NCBI GenBank assembly: GCA_963803435.1
Contig: CAWDML010000009.1
Coordinates: forward strand, 864,001-928,000
From: an uncultured delta proteobacterium
GTDB lineage: Bacteria; Myxococcota; Kuafuiibacteriia; Kuafuiibacteriales; Kuafuiibacteriaceae
DNA length: 64,000 nt
Direction of reading: 5' to 3'
In this document: positions 53,631 through 62,796 of the stretch, one piece after another
Layout of the letters: each line of letters starts with the position of its first letter
How positions within the stretch are numbered: position 1 is the first letter of the stretch
Made by a program: the position numbers and the translations under genes
The notes under the pieces: generated by a model
Seen by the model: only the letters and a program-made list of their open reading frames with translations
Databases searched by the model: none
Told to the model about the DNA's origin: nothing

Positions 53631-55357
53631 AGCGCGCCGCACTGCTTCTCGCGTTCGTTCCATTGAGTGGAACAGCGAGCGCACAGGGCTTCGACGTCCT
53701 CCGCCAGGACATCACGGTCGACGTCTCCAGCTCGACGGTCACCTCGATCGAGGTCGTCGCCGAGCTCGCCGCGGACGGTCCCACCACGGAGATCTGGATG
53801 CTGGTGCCGGCGCTCCCGATCGGGTCGCTCACGATCGACGGGGTGGAGGCGACGGTCACGCCCCATCCGCAGTACCCGGACCAGGTCAGCGTCGTCGAGC
53901 TGCCGACGGAGCGCGCGGACGGCGAGGCGTTTCAGATGGTGCTCCGGACGGCCGGCACGCTCGGCTGCAGCTCACGCCTGCAGCCGGGGACGCTCGCCTG
54001 CGTGCGGACGGCCGATCAGACCATCCTGGTGCCGGCCAGCCCCGACTCGGGCTGGTATCTGTTCAACCTGCTGGCGTTCGACCCGTTCCTCGGGAGCATC
54101 ACCGTGCGGGCGCCCGACGACTTCCAGCTGGCCGCGATCGAGGGCGACCCGGAGGAGACCAGGGACCTCGGCGGCGGCGTGGTGGAGGCGCGGTTCGAGA
54201 TCGAGAAGGCGACCGAGACGCTCGGCCTCTACGCCGGCCGGGCCGAGAAGGTCGAGGCGCCGGGCGTGGTCGGCCTGTTCACCGGTGACCACCGCGAGAA
54301 GATGCAGCGTTCGGTGGATCTGGCGGCCGAGGTCCTCCCGCTCTATCAGGCGCGCTTCGGCGCCACCGGGATCGACCGCACGCGCATCATCTCGATCCCG
54401 CGGGGCTTCCCGTTCGGCGGGCTGGGGCTCTTCGGTACCGTCCTCTTCGGCGACTACGTGGTCGGCGAGCTCGACTACCTGCTCGAGCAAGGCACGGCGC
54501 ACGAGCTCGGCCACACCTGGTGGGGCGGCCTGGCCTCGAGCGCGGATTCAGCGGCGGCCGGCTTCTTCGCGGAGGCGTTCGCGGAGTACTCGGCGCGCTG
54601 GGTGCTCGGCCGGGTGCAGGGCCCAGCGGCCCGGGTCGCGGGCAACCGGATGAACGCGGTCTGGTACATGTACCGGCGCCCCGGGGACGCCGACGTGGCG
54701 CCCCTGGATCCGAACGTGCGCGACTCCCCGGTCTACGTCTTCGCGACCTACCACAAGGCGTCGGTGGCGCTCGGCACGATCGAGTCGGCGATGGGCGAGG
54801 ATGCGTTCACGTCGGCGCTCCGCCGGATGATCGCCCGCGGGCCCGGCGGCACGACCACGAGCTCGTTCATCGCGGACCTCGAGGACGCCGGTGATACCGC
54901 CGCCGCCCGCGACGTCCACCAGTGGTTCGAAACCACCGGGTTCCCGCACCTGACGGTCTCGGCGCACGCCGAGGACGGCGCCGTCGTCGTCGACGTGGGG
55001 ACCGCCGGCGACTACACGTTCGGCGTGCCGGTGCGGGCGTTCTCTCCCGACGGCACCTTCACCGACTCCCGCCTCGAGATTGCGCCCGGGGCGACGTCGC
55101 AGGCGGTGCCGGGCGCGCCCATACTGATCCAGCTGGATCCGGACTGGACCGCGGTGCGCGAGATCCGTCCCAGCCCGGCGGGCGACGTCTCCTTCGACGG
55201 CGCCGTCGATGGCATCGATCTGATCGAGGTGGCGCTCCGGATCGGCACCTCGCTGCCCACGGAGCGCCGCGTGGATCGAGGCTACGATCCGCTCTACGAC
55301 CTGAACGAGGACCGGCTGGTCGACGCGCTCGACCTGGCGGCGATCACCTCCGACTGA
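53627..55357 (+). CDS. Secreted M1-family metallopeptidase with C-terminal dockerin-like module
   Basis: Signal peptide, AHELGHTWWG...AEAFAEY, TYHK; GDVSFDGAVDGIDL and DLNEDRLVDALDL duplicated Ca-binding loops. Confidence 0.8.
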   Translation: MKRAALLLAFVPLSGTASAQGFDVLRQDITVDVSSSTVTSIEVVAELAADGPTTEIWMLVPALPIGSLTIDGVEATVTPHPQYPDQVSVVELPTERADGEAFQMVLRTAGTLGCSSRLQPGTLACVRTADQTILVPASPDSGWYLFNLLAFDPFLGSITVRAPDDFQLAAIEGDPEETRDLGGGVVEARFEIEKATETLGLYAGRAEKVEAPGVVGLFTGDHREKMQRSVDLAAEVLPLYQARFGATGIDRTRIISIPRGFPFGGLGLFGTVLFGDYVVGELDYLLEQGTAHELGHTWWGGLASSADSAAAGFFAEAFAEYSARWVLGRVQGPAARVAGNRMNAVWYMYRRPGDADVAPLDPNVRDSPVYVFATYHKASVALGTIESAMGEDAFTSALRRMIARGPGGTTTSSFIADLEDAGDTAAARDVHQWFETTGFPHLTVSAHAEDGAVVVDVGTAGDYTFGVPVRAFSPDGTFTDSRLEIAPGATSQAVPGAPILIQLDPDWTAVREIRPSPAGDVSFDGAVDGIDLIEVALRIGTSLPTERRVDRGYDPLYDLNEDRLVDALDLAAITSD

Positions 55358-55435
55358 GATCGAGCCTTGTGCTTGCACGACGCTTTCAGCGCGACGCGGC
55401 GCATATCCCTGCTGCCGTCGCCGTAGCTCCGGGTT

Positions 55436-56776
55436 CTATCGCTTGCGCATCGCCAGCAAGGCGTTCTCGCCCGTCGAGCGTAGCCCATCGCGTCTCGCGA
55501 GACGCTCCAGCCGTTCGGCGCTGCCGTGCTTGGCGGCCTCTCGGAACTCGTTGAAGTCGTCGGTGAAGATGTGGCCGGGTCTTCCATCGAAGTCTTCGGG
55601 TCCGGCGAACTTCAGCTCGGGATAGCGTGCCTCCATGCGCCGCACGATCGGTGCGAACCTCTTCTTGAAGAGGTCGAGGCCCCTCAACGAAAGGATCGTC
55701 GTCAGGAGGTGGTCGCCGTCCTCGAGTTGTGTGGTCGCCGCTCGACCCGCCCTGATCTGCAGGCCATACGCGAGCGATCCTTTGGCCGGGTATGCAGCCT
55801 CGAGGTCCGCTTTGAGCTCGATCGCCACCCGGTTTGCCACCCTGCGGGCGCGCCTCGCGAGCCGCCCGTTCTTTGCACCCTCGAGCTTCACCACGCGTTC
55901 GAGCGCCTTCAGCACGAACGCGGATTGATTGATCGCGATCTCCTCGCCCTGGGCAGTCTGCGCGGCCAGCGCCAAGCCTCGGTCGCCGGTGAGGCCTGGT
56001 ACCCTCAAGCCGCCGCGTGAGACCGGCTGTTGGAGAACATTCAACTGCTCGTCGAGAAGCCTGCGAATGCGTCGAGCGTCGCTGGGGCTCGCGCCGTCCA
56101 TGAACTTGACGAGCCCGCTGATGACCTGGCCCGTCGTGATCGCTGCAATGTACGGCTCGACTCCGTCATGAATGACGAAGGTCTTCGGGCCGCCCTCGAC
56201 CCGGCTCTGGCTGCGCTCGAGCAGGTCGAGCAGCTGCTCGCGGCCGGCCGAAGGGTCGAGGCGGAAGAGGATCGCCGCCATGCGCGCCGTCGGTGCGCCT
56301 TCAGGCACGATGCTGTCGACCGCTTCTCGAAAACCTTCGCGCGCTTCCCGCACGAGCGCCTGACGTCCCGCGAGCCTGCGCTCCAACGCCAGCTCGCCAA
56401 CCTGCACGCCGTGCTCGTCTGCGTGGTCGAGAATCTCGCCCGCTTCCTTCACGGTCACTTCATGGTCGGCGGTGCGCTTGGCGATGAACCGCTCGAGCGA
56501 ACCGACCTGTTGATTCGCATCCGCGTCGGCGGGCCTGCCACGTTCGGGCCGGAGCCTGTGCTCGGTCCTTCGGAATCGCACCTTCGTGCGGACGGGCTTC
56601 TCCCTCGGTTTCACCGGCGGCGCTGGCGCGATGATCGGGTGCGCCTGCGTGGAGACGCGCGGCGTCCGGTTGGCGTTCGGCGTCGAGGTCGATCCTGAGA
56701 GCACCTGATGGGTGCCGACGCCGGTGGCGGCGACCGCCAACCCAGGCAACAGCACCCTGGTGCGGACGAAACGCAT
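55436..56776 (-). CDS. Hypothetical protein
   Basis: About 446-aa ORF with a hydrophobic N-terminal segment; somewhat atypical codon usage. Confidence 0.55.
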   Translation of the reverse strand: MRFVRTRVLLPGLAVAATGVGTHQVLSGSTSTPNANRTPRVSTQAHPIIAPAPPVKPREKPVRTKVRFRRTEHRLRPERGRPADADANQQVGSLERFIAKRTADHEVTVKEAGEILDHADEHGVQVGELALERRLAGRQALVREAREGFREAVDSIVPEGAPTARMAAILFRLDPSAGREQLLDLLERSQSRVEGGPKTFVIHDGVEPYIAAITTGQVISGLVKFMDGASPSDARRIRRLLDEQLNVLQQPVSRGGLRVPGLTGDRGLALAAQTAQGEEIAINQSAFVLKALERVVKLEGAKNGRLARRARRVANRVAIELKADLEAAYPAKGSLAYGLQIRAGRAATTQLEDGDHLLTTILSLRGLDLFKKRFAPIVRRMEARYPELKFAGPEDFDGRPGHIFTDDFNEFREAAKHGSAERLERLARRDGLRSTGENALLAMRKR

Positions 56777-56895
56777 GTCTCGAGTTTGTCGCGTCACGGT
56801 GTAGCGCAGTCGATTACTGCGTCGAGGTAATCAATTTGGGGTGCAAGGAGGCCGAACGCTTGCCCCCGTCTGCTCCCCGTGACGAGATGCCCCGT

Positions 56896-57960
56896 ATGGC
56901 CGGGCCCGAGCTGTTTCACGTCACCGACGACGTTCGCATCGACGACCTGCGCCCGCTGATCCCGCCGGCCATCCTCATGGAGGAGCTCCCGATGACCGAT
57001 CGGGCCACCCAGGTGGTGGTGCGTGCGCGGAGCGCGGCGGGCCGCATCATGGCGGGCGAAGACCCGCGCCTGCTGGTCGTGGTGGGTCCCTGCTCGATCC
57101 ACGATCCGGTGGCGGCGCGCGAGTATGCGGGGCGGCTCGCCGAGGCGGCCCGGAGATTCGAGCAGGAGCTCTTCCTCATCATGCGGGTTTACTTCGAGAA
57201 GCCCCGCACCACAGTCGGGTGGAAGGGGTTGATCAACGATCCGGATCTCGACGGCAGCTTCTCCATCAACAAGGGCCTTCGCCGCGCGCGGGGTCTTCTC
57301 GTCGATCTGGCGGACATGGGGGTACCGGCCGGCACCGAGTTTCTCGACACCATCACGCCGCAGTTCCTGGCTGATCTGGTCTCTTGGGGCGCGATCGGCG
57401 CCCGCACCACCGAGAGCCAGGTCCACCGCGAGCTGGCCTCCGGGCTCTCGATGCCGGTCGGGTTCAAGAACGGCACCGAGGGCAGCGTGATGATCGCGAT
57501 CGACGCGATCCGGGCCGCGCGCCACTCGCACCACTTTCTCTCGGTCACCAAGCAGGGGATCTCGGCGATCGTCGGCACGCGAGGGAACGATGAGTGTCAC
57601 CTGATCCTGCGCGGGTCCAACCGAGGCCCCAACTACCAGCCGGAGGAGGTGGAGTCGGCGGCGCTGCTGCTCACCAACAACGCCTGTAGGCCGTTCCTGA
57701 TGATCGACTGCAGCCACGGAAACAGCGGCAAGGATCACCGGCGCCAGCCGATCGTGGTTGCGGCGATCGCGCAGCAGCTCCGCGCAGGGGCGCGCGCGAT
57801 CGCCGGCGTCATGATCGAGAGCAACCTCCTGGAGGGGAGCCAGTCGCACGAGGAGGGGCGCGCGCTCGAGTACGGACGGAGCATCACGGACGGGTGCCTT
57901 GGATGGGAGGAGACCGAGGGCGTGCTGGCCGAGCTCGCGACGGCCGTGCGGGCGCGCTAG
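56896..57960 (+). CDS. aroG: Class I 3-deoxy-7-phosphoheptulonate (DAHP) synthase
   Basis: VVGPCSIHD, MRVYFEKPRTTVGWKGLINDP, IGARTTESQVHRE, IDCSHGNS, SITDGC; aroF/G/H isoform cannot be resolved. Confidence 0.93.
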   Translation: MAGPELFHVTDDVRIDDLRPLIPPAILMEELPMTDRATQVVVRARSAAGRIMAGEDPRLLVVVGPCSIHDPVAAREYAGRLAEAARRFEQELFLIMRVYFEKPRTTVGWKGLINDPDLDGSFSINKGLRRARGLLVDLADMGVPAGTEFLDTITPQFLADLVSWGAIGARTTESQVHRELASGLSMPVGFKNGTEGSVMIAIDAIRAARHSHHFLSVTKQGISAIVGTRGNDECHLILRGSNRGPNYQPEEVESAALLLTNNACRPFLMIDCSHGNSGKDHRRQPIVVAAIAQQLRAGARAIAGVMIESNLLEGSQSHEEGRALEYGRSITDGCLGWEETEGVLAELATAVRAR

Positions 57961-58032
57961 CCTTGCGGCTCGGCGTTCGCTTGCCCGGTGTCTCGACACC
58001 GCTCACGATCGAACACGGTGAAGTCGACGCCG

Positions 58033-59139
58033 ATGGGGGACATCGGCCCGGAGCTCTGGGAGGAGGCGAGGGCCAAGGGATATCTGCGCGAGGAGGACCA
58101 CGAGGGCCTCCGCTACGAGCGTCTCAGCGCCGACATCCACACGGTCCTGCGGGGCACGCTCCGGATCGCCGCGCGCACCGTCCCGGCATTCCCGCACATC
58201 GGTCGGATCCTGGCGCTTGGCTCGGGCATCCGCAAGAACCTCGCCGTGCGGTTCCGGTTGGAGGAGAAGATCGACGGCTACAACGTCCGCATCCTCCGGA
58301 TTGACGGCCGCGTCCTCCCGTTCACCCGCGGCGGCTTCGTCTGTCCCTTCACCGAGGATCGGCTCCCCGACCTGCTCGATCTCCATCCGCTGTTCGACGC
58401 CCATCCCGACGTGATCGTGTGCGCCGAGGTCTCGGGGCGCGGAAATCCGTATTCGGTCTCGCCGTCGCAGCGCGTGGTCGACGACATCGAGATGCACGCG
58501 TTCGATCTGATGCGGTTCGATCGCTCCGAGTTCGCCACGCCTGACGAGTGCGATGCGATCCTGGCGCGCTTCGGGGTCCCGCGCGCGCCCGTGCTCGGGT
58601 GGTTCACGCCCGATCAGATCGACGCGGTCAAGGCGAGGGTCCTCGAGCTCGATCGGCTCGGCGCCGAGGGGGTGGTGTTCAAGCCCGAAGGCGGCGGTCT
58701 TCGGATCAAGTACGTCACGCCCACGACCAACCTCTGCGACATCACGCGGGACGTCCACCTCCTGGCCGAGCTCCAGGGATCGACGTTCATCCTCCGGCTC
58801 CTCCGCCTGGCGATCGCGGTGGAGGAGCTCGGCCTCTCCGATCGGCTCCCCATGCTGGAAGCGACGCTCGGACGCTCGCTCCTCGCCGGCTTCCTCCACA
58901 CGGTCGAGGACGTCCGCTCGGGCGGTGGCGTCCGCGAGGAGCGCCACCTGCGCTTTCGCTCCAATGAGCACGCGGATGCGCTCGAGCGGCACCTCACCCG
59001 CGTGGCGCGCGGGATCCGAATCCGGGAGCTTGCGCGCCGCGACGAGGGCGACCACATGACGGTCGACCTCGAGAAGACGTTCCTGACCTCGACGGATCGG
59101 ATCCGCGACCTGCTGGAGGGCGCCTACGTGATCGATTGA
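58033..59139 (+). CDS. ATP-dependent RNA ligase, Rnl3 / Pab1020 family
   Basis: EEKIDGYNVR (motif I Lys), FTRGGFVCPFTEDR, CAEVSG, AFDL, EGVVFK, IKYVT. Confidence 0.9.
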   Translation: MGDIGPELWEEARAKGYLREEDHEGLRYERLSADIHTVLRGTLRIAARTVPAFPHIGRILALGSGIRKNLAVRFRLEEKIDGYNVRILRIDGRVLPFTRGGFVCPFTEDRLPDLLDLHPLFDAHPDVIVCAEVSGRGNPYSVSPSQRVVDDIEMHAFDLMRFDRSEFATPDECDAILARFGVPRAPVLGWFTPDQIDAVKARVLELDRLGAEGVVFKPEGGGLRIKYVTPTTNLCDITRDVHLLAELQGSTFILRLLRLAIAVEELGLSDRLPMLEATLGRSLLAGFLHTVEDVRSGGGVREERHLRFRSNEHADALERHLTRVARGIRIRELARRDEGDHMTVDLEKTFLTSTDRIRDLLEGAYVID

Positions 59140-59904
59140 TCCGGGGGCGTGGCCAGCTCCTCGAGCGCGCCGCGCAGCTGCTCCGGATGGATGATCCGGA
59201 CGCCCAGGCGCTCCGCCCAGCGCACCACGCCGCGGTCGCTCGACACCAGGGCGGCGTCCAGCTCGCGCGCGAGCAGGATCGAGATCGACGTCCTCGCGCG
59301 AGTCGAGGATCCCGACGCGCAGCGCATCGCGGTAGCGATCCCGAAAGCGACCGATGGTGCGCTCGATGTCCTCCTGGATCGTCTCCCGGACGGCCGTCTC
59401 GGCGAGGCGAAGACCGCGGTCGATGCGCGCCCGGATGTCCTCGATGAGCTCGTAGAGGAGGAAGCCGGGGACCTGTACGCCGGAGCGGTCCGGGGCCTTC
59501 AGCGAGACCACCAGCTCGAAGCGCGGCGGAGGCGGCGCGTCACCGAGGAACGTCTCGAGCTCCGCGTAGATCGAGGGCGGCATGTAGATCGCGACGCGGT
59601 CCTGGACGCGCCCGGCCAGCCGGATGAAGGTGGCGAAGGCGGCCGGGGTCGAGGCGCCGAACTGCGCGGCGGTGGCCGGATTGGTGAATACGCTCGTATC
59701 GAGGACGAGCTTGATCGGCGGGCCGGGCGGCTCCACAGGCTCCAATCGTAGCGCGAATTCCGCCCGGATCTGCTCCGCCAGATCGATCATGGCGTCCCGA
59801 CCCCGGCGATCCCGCTGCGCCGCCTGGAGGCGTTCGCGCAGCGCGGTCGCGGCGGTCGGGGGAACCTGGGCGGTCAAGGCGACCAGGAGGAGCGTCTCGA
59901 TCAT
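59124..59904 (-). CDS. Protein-only RNase P (HARP / RNA ligase partner, PIN domain) with N-terminal extension; apparent indel near 59281
   Basis: LVLDTSVFTNP, YMPPSIYAEL, LYELIEDIRARIDRGLRLAE, YRDALRVGILDSREDVDL, then ILLARELDAALVSSDRGVVRWAERLG in the next frame. Confidence 0.88.
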
Positions 59905-60030
59905 GACGACGAATCCTACGCAGCTGCGCTCATCGGCGATCCACGGCGGCGTCACGCCTCGGTCACCGTCCGCGTTTTTTTGCGCCGGTGATATTCCTGT
60001 GACCGCCCGAGGGCTACCAAAGGGGGCGAA

Positions 60031-62133
60031 ATGACCGCGGATCCGACGACCAAGCGCGCGCGCAACGTGGTGGCCGTGGTGATCCTGACGGTGGCCGTGC
60101 CTTCGCTCTTGCTCACCGCGCTGGGGGCCGTCGCGGTGGAGAACGAGGAGGCGGCGGCCAAGCGGCGGCTGCAGCAGGTGTACAGCCCGGTGATCTGGGA
60201 GGTCGCGCAGCGCTTCAACGCCCGCATCGATCAACTCCTGATCGACAGCAGCGAACCGTTTGCAGAGCTGGTGGCGTTCAGCCAGGACGAGGCGTCGGAG
60301 ACGCCTGCGCTCACGCCGTTCGTCGAGAAGACCGGGGACATCGCGATCAACTACTTCGTGCTGGCGCCGGACGGCGACGTGCTGGTGCCGCGTACCCCTG
60401 CGAACGAGCGAGCGACGGAGCCGCTCCCGTCCGGGATGGAGCGGGCGCTTCGACACGAGCTGGCCCACTACGCGAGCAAGTCGGCTTGCGCCGAGTGGAC
60501 CCAGATCGGGGACAGCTGCACCGACCAGCGCTGCGCCGCGGAGGTAGCCCGCTCGATGTGTCGGGTCGCCACCGGCCGTCCCGATCCCTACGAGTTCAGC
60601 GACACCTGCGCGGAGTACGCCGGCGAGCCGGTCGCGAAGGCGGCGCTCAAGATCGCGGCGCTCGAGCGCGAGCATGCCGATCGCCTCCTGGAAGCCGCGC
60701 ACGATCTGAATCGCATGTCCAAGGACTCGATCCAGATGCAGGCGCCGCCACCCTCCCTGCAGGCGGCGGAGAAGCTGGTCGACAGCGCGCTCGAGCTGGT
60801 GCGCACCGCGAAATCGCCGACGGCGCGCGTCTCCTCGCTGGTCTCGGATCTGGCGGCGGAGCGCATGCTGATCCGCCTCGAGTCGGACCGAGACCCGGAG
60901 GCCACGTGCGCGCGGGATCTGCTCCGGTCCGTGCGGGGACGCAGCTCGCTCCTGGGGCAGCTCGCCAGCTTCGGTCACCCCCGCGACACGCAGGTGCAGA
61001 TCCAGACCGTCGAGACGGACAACTGGCGCCGCCTGATCATGACGCAGTCGATCGACGGCTACCTGGTCGGCTTCGAGCTGGTGCCCTGCGCGTTCCAGCC
61101 GCTCCTCGACGCGGGGATCGCGGAGAAGGAGCTCGAGGATCACGTGACCACGCGCCTCTATCCGATCCAGGTCCAGGTCCCCAAGGAGTGGTCGGACTAC
61201 GGCGAGCAGGAGCAGGCGGAGTCCGAGGGGCGGATCGGCGCCTGGCTGCTGCTGAAGAAGACGAACCTCGCCTGGCGGTTGGTGGTGATGCTGGAGGACC
61301 GAGCCGGGTTCATCAGCGTCACGCGCAGCCGCTCGACGCTCTACTTCTGGGCCCTGATCCTGATCGCCGGGGCGCTGGTGGCGGGCATCGGATCGACCGT
61401 CCGCACCGTCTCGAACGAGGCGCGGCTGGCCCGCTTGAAGACCGACTTCGTCTCCAGCGTGTCGCACGATCTGAGGACGCCGCTCACCTCGATCCGCATG
61501 TTCACCGAGACGCTGCTTCTCGGTCGCGCCAGCACGAAGGAGGAGGAGACCGAGTTCCTGAAGGTGATCGCGGACGAGACCGACCGGCTTTCGCGCCTCA
61601 CCGAGCGCATCCTCGACTTCTCCCGCATGGAGGCGGGGCGAAAGGCGTATCAGTTCGTGACGGCCGAGGTGCCCGAGCTGGTGAGACAGGCGCTTCGAGC
61701 GTGCCGCCCGATGATCGAGGACGCGAAGTTCGAGGTGAATACCGAGTATGCTGCCGGGCTTCCTTCGATCGAGGTGGATCGCGATGCTATCGTGGAGGTG
61801 TTGATCAACCTGATCAGCAACGCGATCAAGTACAGCCCGGGCGAGCGGAGCATCTGCATCGCGGCTCACCTGCAGGGGGATCGCATGGCGATCTCCGTGA
61901 CGGATCGCGGCATCGGGATCGCGAAGGCCGAACAAGCGAAGATCTTCGAGAAGTTCTACCGCGTCGACTCTCGTCGCGCGAGCGAGGTGGGGGGCAGCGG
62001 CCTGGGTCTGAGCCTGGTTCATCACATCGTGAGCGCGCACGGCGGCGAAGTCACGGTCGAGAGCGCCCAGGGCTTCGGCAGCACGTTTACCGTCTGGTTG
62101 GAGGTGGGGCCTTGGAGAGCATCATCGTCGTAG
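60031..62133 (+). CDS. Sensor histidine kinase
   Basis: Two TM segments; SHDLRTPLTSI, NLISNAIKYS, DRGIG, FEKFYR, GSGLGL. Confidence 0.95.
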   Translation: MTADPTTKRARNVVAVVILTVAVPSLLLTALGAVAVENEEAAAKRRLQQVYSPVIWEVAQRFNARIDQLLIDSSEPFAELVAFSQDEASETPALTPFVEKTGDIAINYFVLAPDGDVLVPRTPANERATEPLPSGMERALRHELAHYASKSACAEWTQIGDSCTDQRCAAEVARSMCRVATGRPDPYEFSDTCAEYAGEPVAKAALKIAALEREHADRLLEAAHDLNRMSKDSIQMQAPPPSLQAAEKLVDSALELVRTAKSPTARVSSLVSDLAAERMLIRLESDRDPEATCARDLLRSVRGRSSLLGQLASFGHPRDTQVQIQTVETDNWRRLIMTQSIDGYLVGFELVPCAFQPLLDAGIAEKELEDHVTTRLYPIQVQVPKEWSDYGEQEQAESEGRIGAWLLLKKTNLAWRLVVMLEDRAGFISVTRSRSTLYFWALILIAGALVAGIGSTVRTVSNEARLARLKTDFVSSVSHDLRTPLTSIRMFTETLLLGRASTKEEETEFLKVIADETDRLSRLTERILDFSRMEAGRKAYQFVTAEVPELVRQALRACRPMIEDAKFEVNTEYAAGLPSIEVDRDAIVEVLINLISNAIKYSPGERSICIAAHLQGDRMAISVTDRGIGIAKAEQAKIFEKFYRVDSRRASEVGGSGLGLSLVHHIVSAHGGEVTVESAQGFGSTFTVWLEVGPWRASSS

Positions 62134-62792
62134 AGGACGACAAGAACATCGCGCGTGGTCTCGAGAAGAACCTCCGCTACGAAGGATTCGCCGTCCAGGT
62201 GGCGGAGGACGGCGAGCGCGGGCTCGAGCTGGTCGTCGACAAGAAGCCCGATCTGATCCTCCTCGACGTGATGCTCCCCAAGATGAACGGCTTCGAGGTG
62301 CTCCGCGAGGTGCGGCGTCTCGGCCTCGAGATCCCGGTGGTGATGTTGACCGCGAAGGCGGAGGAGCTCGACACGATCCGCGGGCTCGACCTGGGCGCCG
62401 ACGATTACATCACGAAGCCGTTCAGCCTCTCCGAGCTGATGGCGCGCATTCGAGCCGTCCTCCGACGGAAGCGGCGGTTCGAGAAGAAGGTCGAGCAGGT
62501 GCAGTTCGGGCGCGTGAATGTCGACTTCGTCGCCCGGAGCGTCGAGGTGGACGGCTCACCGGTCAAGCTGACGCACCGCGAGCTCGAGCTCCTGCGGATG
62601 TTCATCATGCGCGAGGGCGAAGCGCTCGAGCGCGAGGAGATCGTCCGGCGCGTCTGGGGGTTCGACTACGAGGGGACGGATCGTACGCTCGACAACTTCG
62701 TGAGCCGCCTCCGGCGCAAGTTCGAGGTCGACCCGGACGCTCCGCGGCACTTCCTGACGGTCCGCGGCGTCGGCTACCGGTTCGTGGGCTGA
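62112..62792 (+). CDS. OmpR/PhoB family response regulator
   Basis: VVEDD, LLDVMLP, LTAK, GADDYITKPF, TVRGVGYRF; TTG start. Confidence 0.95.
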   Translation: MESIIVVEDDKNIARGLEKNLRYEGFAVQVAEDGERGLELVVDKKPDLILLDVMLPKMNGFEVLREVRRLGLEIPVVMLTAKAEELDTIRGLDLGADDYITKPFSLSELMARIRAVLRRKRRFEKKVEQVQFGRVNVDFVARSVEVDGSPVKLTHRELELLRMFIMREGEALEREEIVRRVWGFDYEGTDRTLDNFVSRLRRKFEVDPDAPRHFLTVRGVGYRFVG

Positions 62793-62796
62793 GCGC

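Noticed and set aside
56795-56870. tRNA-Pro-like fragments (GGTGTAGCGCAG, TGGGGTGCAAGG)
   Set aside because: No T-arm (GGTTCRA), wrong spacing and no acceptor stem; cannot fold as a cloverleaf
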